Source: Phycisphaeraceae bacterium
Lineage (GTDB): Bacteria; Planctomycetota; Phycisphaerae; Phycisphaerales; Phycisphaeraceae
NCBI GenBank assembly: GCA_963674705.1
Contig: OY771506.1
Location: 1,216,001 to 1,280,000 of the forward strand
Reading direction: 5' to 3'
DNA: 64,000 nucleotides
The notes below the pieces were generated by a model. That model did not search any database. It had not been told where the DNA came from and worked only from the letters and a program-made list of their open reading frames with translations. The position numbers were made by a program, and so were the translations under genes. Below, one piece after another: positions 59,693 to 64,000 of this stretch (positions within the stretch are counted from its first letter, which is position 1; each line of letters opens with the position of its first letter).

Positions 59693-60451
59693 TTAGTTGA
59701 TGCGGTGGTTGGCGAGTATTTGGTAGAGGGATTCGGCTTGTTCGATCAGGGGTTCGTATTGTGGGTTAACGGGCTCGGATTTTTCGGTGCGTCGGGCGAA
59801 GCCGGTAGAGGCGTTGACGTTGTCGTACCAGTGTTTGGCCCAGATGCCGTCGTAAGGTTTGGAGCCGGGCTCCCAATTGAGCATGCGCTCTGTGAACGGC
59901 AGGCCGATGTAGTCGCATAGTTTGCTCAGCACGTTGCGCGGGTTGTCGAGCACATCGTCGGTGTCGATGACGGCAGGAATCCGGCCGGTCTGCTCTTGCA
60001 CCATGCGGAAGAGTTCGACTTGTTTGGGCAGTCCGGTTTCTTCGAGCGTGAGGTCGGGGACGACCTTGACCCACGAGCGGACGACATCGCGCGGGTCGCG
60101 GATGAGAAAGACGTGTGTCGCTTTGTCGAGCCAGTCCAGGGGGACGTTTTCGATCATGTGCTGGCACATGTGTTTCTGGTAGTAGAGTTCGATACCGTCG
60201 GGCAAGGGTGCGACAAGTTCATCGGCGACCTTGCGCGGATCGTTCTCGTAATGATTGATAATTTCCTCCCGGCCGGGGTGTGTGATGTGCGGGCGCTTTA
60301 ACAGGTAGTGTGCGTAGAACGGTTCGTCGACGACCTTGGTCGCCGGGCGGTTACCGAAGGATCGCATCATGGCGGTGGAGATATTGCGCGGGCCGGACCA
60401 CATGGCCAGGTGCGAGACGTTGCTGTTTTGGGGGGTGTTCTGGTACTGCAC
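59693..60451 (-). CDS. sulfotransferase-like P-loop protein (family usually paired with class IV aminotransferases)
   Basis: MWSGPRNISTAMMRSF, DEPFY, YQKHM, FLIRDP, WAKHWY..V..STGF. Confidence 0.85.
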   Translation of the reverse strand: MQYQNTPQNSNVSHLAMWSGPRNISTAMMRSFGNRPATKVVDEPFYAHYLLKRPHITHPGREEIINHYENDPRKVADELVAPLPDGIELYYQKHMCQHMIENVPLDWLDKATHVFLIRDPRDVVRSWVKVVPDLTLEETGLPKQVELFRMVQEQTGRIPAVIDTDDVLDNPRNVLSKLCDYIGLPFTERMLNWEPGSKPYDGIWAKHWYDNVNASTGFARRTEKSEPVNPQYEPLIEQAESLYQILANHRIN

Positions 60452-60583
60452 GCAAGGCAGTATATGCGGTTGTTTGGCGGGAGGTCACGTGGGAAACGGT
60501 CCAAAGATGTAATGTGAAGTTACATGGGGGGTAACACAATGCGGCGGATATGTGGCAGTAAACTGCGGCGCTAAACGGGTGGA

Positions 60584-61165
60584 TTATGCGGCGTGTTCTT
60601 TTCGGTCGGCCTGTTCGCCTAGGCGCATGGTGGACGTGCCGATTTTTCTTCGGATGGGTTTTTGGAAGAAGGTATTGTTGGGGACCTGGACGAGGTAGTC
60701 GTCGCCGTCGCGCAGGGTGGTGAAGATGAGGTTGAAGTTGATGACCTTGCCGCCGACCTCTTCGCCGGGGAATTCGATTTCGTCGCCGATGTTGAACGGC
60801 CGGGCGATCATGAGGATGACGGAGCAGAGCGTGTTGCTGAGCACACTCCAGACGGCGACGAAGCCGATCGCGATCATGGCGAGGATGGCGGTGACGGCGG
60901 CCCAGAGGTTTTCCAGCAGGCCGAACTGCTGCGCGATCAGCAGGACGGCGATGGGGAAGATGGTCCATCGGCAGAGCTTGCGGAGGATGGTGTATGTGTT
61001 TTCCGAGAGCCTGTGTTTACTGAGCAGGCCGGCGAGGCTGCGCGTCAGCGACCAGTAGACGATCAATGCGACGACGAGCACGACCACGGCCGCGAAGAAG
61101 CGTGAAATCATGTCGGGCTTCACATCGGGGAGGGCTTCCATGAGTTGTCTGATGTATTCGGTCAT
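60584..61165 (-). CDS. small-conductance mechanosensitive channel (short MscS family)
   Basis: Three TMs; RPFNIGDEI, G.V..I.LIFTTL, VPNN. Confidence 0.85.
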   Translation of the reverse strand: MTEYIRQLMEALPDVKPDMISRFFAAVVVLVVALIVYWSLTRSLAGLLSKHRLSENTYTILRKLCRWTIFPIAVLLIAQQFGLLENLWAAVTAILAMIAIGFVAVWSVLSNTLCSVILMIARPFNIGDEIEFPGEEVGGKVINFNLIFTTLRDGDDYLVQVPNNTFFQKPIRRKIGTSTMRLGEQADRKEHAA

Positions 61166-61239
61166 AAGTTCAACTATAGGCGCAGGCGAATTGATTGCCA
61201 GCGTTGATTTTGAGTTTGGGGTTGACGGATAGGAAGTTT

Positions 61240-61312
61240 AGCCGCGAAAGGACGCTAATAGACGCGAATAATCAGAGATTTTATTTGCGTCTATTAGCAT
61301 TGATTTGCGGCT
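61240..61312. repeat. nonamer-periodic inverted repeat (same family as 25874)
   Basis: agccgcgaaaggacgctaatagacgcgaataa / ttatttgcgtctattagcattgatttgcggct. Confidence 0.8.
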
Positions 61313-61483
61313 GATTCTGGTTTGGATGGTTGTTTGTTTTGTGGAAAAAACCATCGAAAAAATCGATTTATGGTTGACTTATTCATTCATTTGATTGACA
61401 CTATTGTGTAATCGGATGACCCATCCGCTTTTCCGGGCGTTTGGGTGGATCCTGCGAGACAAATTTACTTCCGGAGAGACGCC

Positions 61484-63085
61484 ATGATCCTGCTTGATGG
61501 TTCGGTATCTGGTCTGTTCGCGTTTGTGGTTGTGTTCGCGATCGGAGCGTTGTTTTATGTGATCTGGTTTCGTGAGCGAGTGCGTTGGTCGGATCCGTTT
61601 TGCATCAAGTGTCGGTATGACTTGCGTGGCCGAGGGCCGGAGAGTATGCCGAGTTGTCCGGAATGCGGTGCGGACCTGACGCGGCCGCGTGCGGTGGGAT
61701 ACATGCAGCGCGGTCGCCGGCCGTGGCTGATCTGGGTGAGTGTGGTGATGATGATCGGGCCGACATTGCCGGTGGTTCTTGCGCCTTTGGTGCAGGTTGT
61801 GATTGAGCATGTCGTTGCCCAGCCATCGTCGCCGGGAACTCGCAGGGCCGTGGTTCAGCAGAAGCATCAAGCCGATCAGAATGATTGGGATGAACTGATT
61901 GAACGGATCGATGCCGGCACGTTGAAGGCGGACGAGGCGGAGCGTGTGGCTCTATCGTACATCGAGCAGATCCAAACGAATTCGAAAAAAGAGCGGGAAT
62001 TCAGGTTCAGGCCCGTCACGCCCAGCCAACAGAAGCCGTTTTTCCAACGCGCGTACCAGGCGGGACTGCTTAGCCGGGCCGTGCAGATCGATCTGGCTAA
62101 AGCGTTCTATGACCAGCAGGCGGTGTTGCGGCAGGTGTCGGATACACACATCCGCGAGAAGGTATTTCCACTAAGCTTTGATGTGCGTGCCGATCAAAGG
62201 CTCGAAGAGGTGCTCGGTTTACCGATCGAACGGAAGTGGGTTGTGAAGCAGGTTTCTATCGATGGCCAACCCGCGACGTTTACAGCTAATCAAAACAATC
62301 CCGCGATGTACGGGGCGATGGTTGATCTGCCGGAGTTGATTGAAGGCGAGCATGTTGTCACGACCGAGCTTGAAGGTACGTTTGTGTATGTGGACGGGGC
62401 AACAGTCAAGAATGGCGAAGCGGATGCGGCCGGCGACAATCAACCGCCTGAGGTGTTGCACCGCTGGCACACCACGGCACAGACCACACTGAAGCTTGTG
62501 GGCAAGAACCACGGCACTGTTGCGCTGTCGACGGACCCGGCACTTGATCCGGGGGAGGACGGCGTAGCGCCGGTGTATGTCGCGGTTCAACAGTTCGGGA
62601 AGATGAAACAGCTATCGGTGAAGCTGACACCAATGGGGATTTACCAGGGCGCGCTCAGTTACGATGTTTCTGTTGTGATCGAGGGCAAGCCTTACAGCGC
62701 GGGGCACTACCATTACTACCAGGTGGGGTCCAAGTCGTCGATTGGTTATGGCCCATTGATGGTTTTTCTGCCGGCGTTGGATGAATCGATCAACTCGGCC
62801 GACATCGTGCTGACGCCCAGCCCGGAGCATGCAGCCAGGTTCATGAAGGTCGATGCGATCTGGGGTAAGACAAGCACGTTTGAAAGTGTTCCCATCAAGC
62901 GTTACGACCTTCTGGAAACCGCGAACGAGCAGGAGCCGGCGGTATCTGCCGAGCAGCAGATCAGTATCGGTATGTTCCCGAATCCTGCGATGTTTAACGG
63001 GATCGTGCCGGAGGAGTTGTCACGGGCGATTGAAGCCCAGGCGGCCAAGGCCGAGGCGGCGGTGGAATCTGAAGAAGCGGAGTAG
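61484..63085 (+). CDS. planctomycete-type membrane protein with CxxC..YDLRG..CPECG zinc finger
   Basis: TM - CIKCRYDLRG..CPECG - TM - large soluble domain. Confidence 0.78.
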   Translation: MILLDGSVSGLFAFVVVFAIGALFYVIWFRERVRWSDPFCIKCRYDLRGRGPESMPSCPECGADLTRPRAVGYMQRGRRPWLIWVSVVMMIGPTLPVVLAPLVQVVIEHVVAQPSSPGTRRAVVQQKHQADQNDWDELIERIDAGTLKADEAERVALSYIEQIQTNSKKEREFRFRPVTPSQQKPFFQRAYQAGLLSRAVQIDLAKAFYDQQAVLRQVSDTHIREKVFPLSFDVRADQRLEEVLGLPIERKWVVKQVSIDGQPATFTANQNNPAMYGAMVDLPELIEGEHVVTTELEGTFVYVDGATVKNGEADAAGDNQPPEVLHRWHTTAQTTLKLVGKNHGTVALSTDPALDPGEDGVAPVYVAVQQFGKMKQLSVKLTPMGIYQGALSYDVSVVIEGKPYSAGHYHYYQVGSKSSIGYGPLMVFLPALDESINSADIVLTPSPEHAARFMKVDAIWGKTSTFESVPIKRYDLLETANEQEPAVSAEQQISIGMFPNPAMFNGIVPEELSRAIEAQAAKAEAAVESEEAE

Positions 63086-63105
63086 GTAAGCCTGGCGTGG
63101 TGTAT

Positions 63106-63504
63106 TTAGTCAGCGCGACGCCAGCGTCCCCATTTGGTATGTGTCATGTAGGTGCGGCGGTCGCCTTGTTCATCGATCAGGGACAGGTTGTTATCGCTCA
63201 TGACATACACGGCCCCGCAATGACGACAACAGTAATGATATTCTTTGGTATTTTGTGCTTCTGGTATTGCTTTGTCAGTTGGAACGAAGTCATAGTCGCA
63301 CCGGCCACAGGCGCACTTCGGCAAGTCGGGACGCCAGAGCGTGAAGAGTTTTACGGTTATCCCAAGTAGAACAAGAGGCGCAAAAACAGCAGCCAACCCA
63401 ATGGAAGCGCCCAGGTACCAGGTTCCGCCCAGCCACCATGAAACGGCTGCCCCGATCAGGGCAAAGAGGATCATGATGAGGGGCAGTATGCTGCTGAGGT
63501 TCAT
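63106..63504 (-). CDS. hypothetical two-TM protein with Cys-rich C-terminus
   Basis: Two hydrophobic helices, then CACG...CRHCG. Confidence 0.65.
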   Translation of the reverse strand: MNLSSILPLIMILFALIGAAVSWWLGGTWYLGASIGLAAVFAPLVLLGITVKLFTLWRPDLPKCACGRCDYDFVPTDKAIPEAQNTKEYHYCCRHCGAVYVMSDNNLSLIDEQGDRRTYMTHTKWGRWRRAD

Positions 63505-63880
63505 GCTTTATGCTTTGTGTTATTCAGGGGCCGCTAAAGGCTGACCGTCAAAATCATACCACCCCATGCTTTGATTTGAGTTGGTGATGGAAACGATGTC
63601 TGCTCAGGCGACACGTTAGGCTGATGTTGTCTGTCTGGTTGTCGTTGTAAGACGTGGCACGCAATACCATGTTTGCTGATTGGCTTGATAGGTTTGGGAA
63701 TCCTCTTGGTATTCGTGAGTGCGGTTGGTAGGATGGAGTGACATCTGCAAGGGTCACCGCCGTGCGTTGTACATCGCGTTATCAACTTTCGCGAACGCCG
63801 AGCGGTGATCGGGGAGGCCGCCGACCTGTCTCGGTAACCAGTCGGACTTCCGTCTCACACCACAACGAGGAGAGAAAGCC

Positions 63881-64000
63881 ATGCGTCAGAATTTGGGCGG
63901 GATTGTTGCTGTGTTTGTTGCCGGGTTGTTTTGTATCACATTGATGCTGCCAAATGGTGCTGCCAATGCTTCGGTCATTATTTATCAACAGGGGCTCAAC
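63881..64000 (+). CDS. secreted protein, partial (runs off window end)
   Basis: GAGGAG RBS; MRQNLGGIVAVFVAGLFCITLMLPNGAANA-SVIIYQQGLN signal peptide; not in the ORF track. Confidence 0.7.
   Translation, partial: MRQNLGGIVAVFVAGLFCITLMLPNGAANASVIIYQQGLN

Noticed and set aside
63534..63880. Short ORFs or a riboswitch upstream of the last gene
   Set aside because: No convincing coding signal or recognisable aptamer; likely promoter/UTR of the CDS starting at 63881

Overview
GC-rich bacterial chromosomal window, very likely a planctomycete (Phycisphaerae-like). The indicators are PEP-CTERM proteins with dockerin-like Ca-binding repeats, DUF1501/DUF1800, DUF6677, a CxxC..CPECG membrane protein and bactofilins. 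Contents from left to right: small planctomycete-type ORFs; a structured small-ORF unit bounded by two terminators; a heparinase II/III-like lyase; a cluster of one hybrid kinase and four receiver-only proteins; a ~16 kb LacI-associated starch/pullulan locus (PEP-CTERM GH13, non-catalytic PEP-CTERM protein, pullulanase, neopullulanase-like enzyme, fused SBP-permease, second permease); DUF1800/DUF1501; a PhnD-like SBP; gcvP; GNAT; GH127; polX; two bactofilins; a P1B-4 ATPase; pepC; a PD-(D/E)XK nuclease; orphan atpD, ParA and flgM; folP; PilZ; MATE; a desaturase and others. The most striking layer is a dense set of short palindromic and periodic repeats alongside two REP-associated tyrosine transposases (RAYT). 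One RAYT carries its own REP inside its ORF. The other sits between two REP arrays flanked by a diverged duplicate of the MATE 5' end fused at a REP loop. One nonamer inverted-repeat element occurs both empty and loaded with an AT-rich cargo gene. Heptamer palindromes and AT-rich patches are inserted in frame in conserved genes. No rRNA, tRNA or CRISPR array was recognised. Family calls come from motif recognition only; no searches were run.
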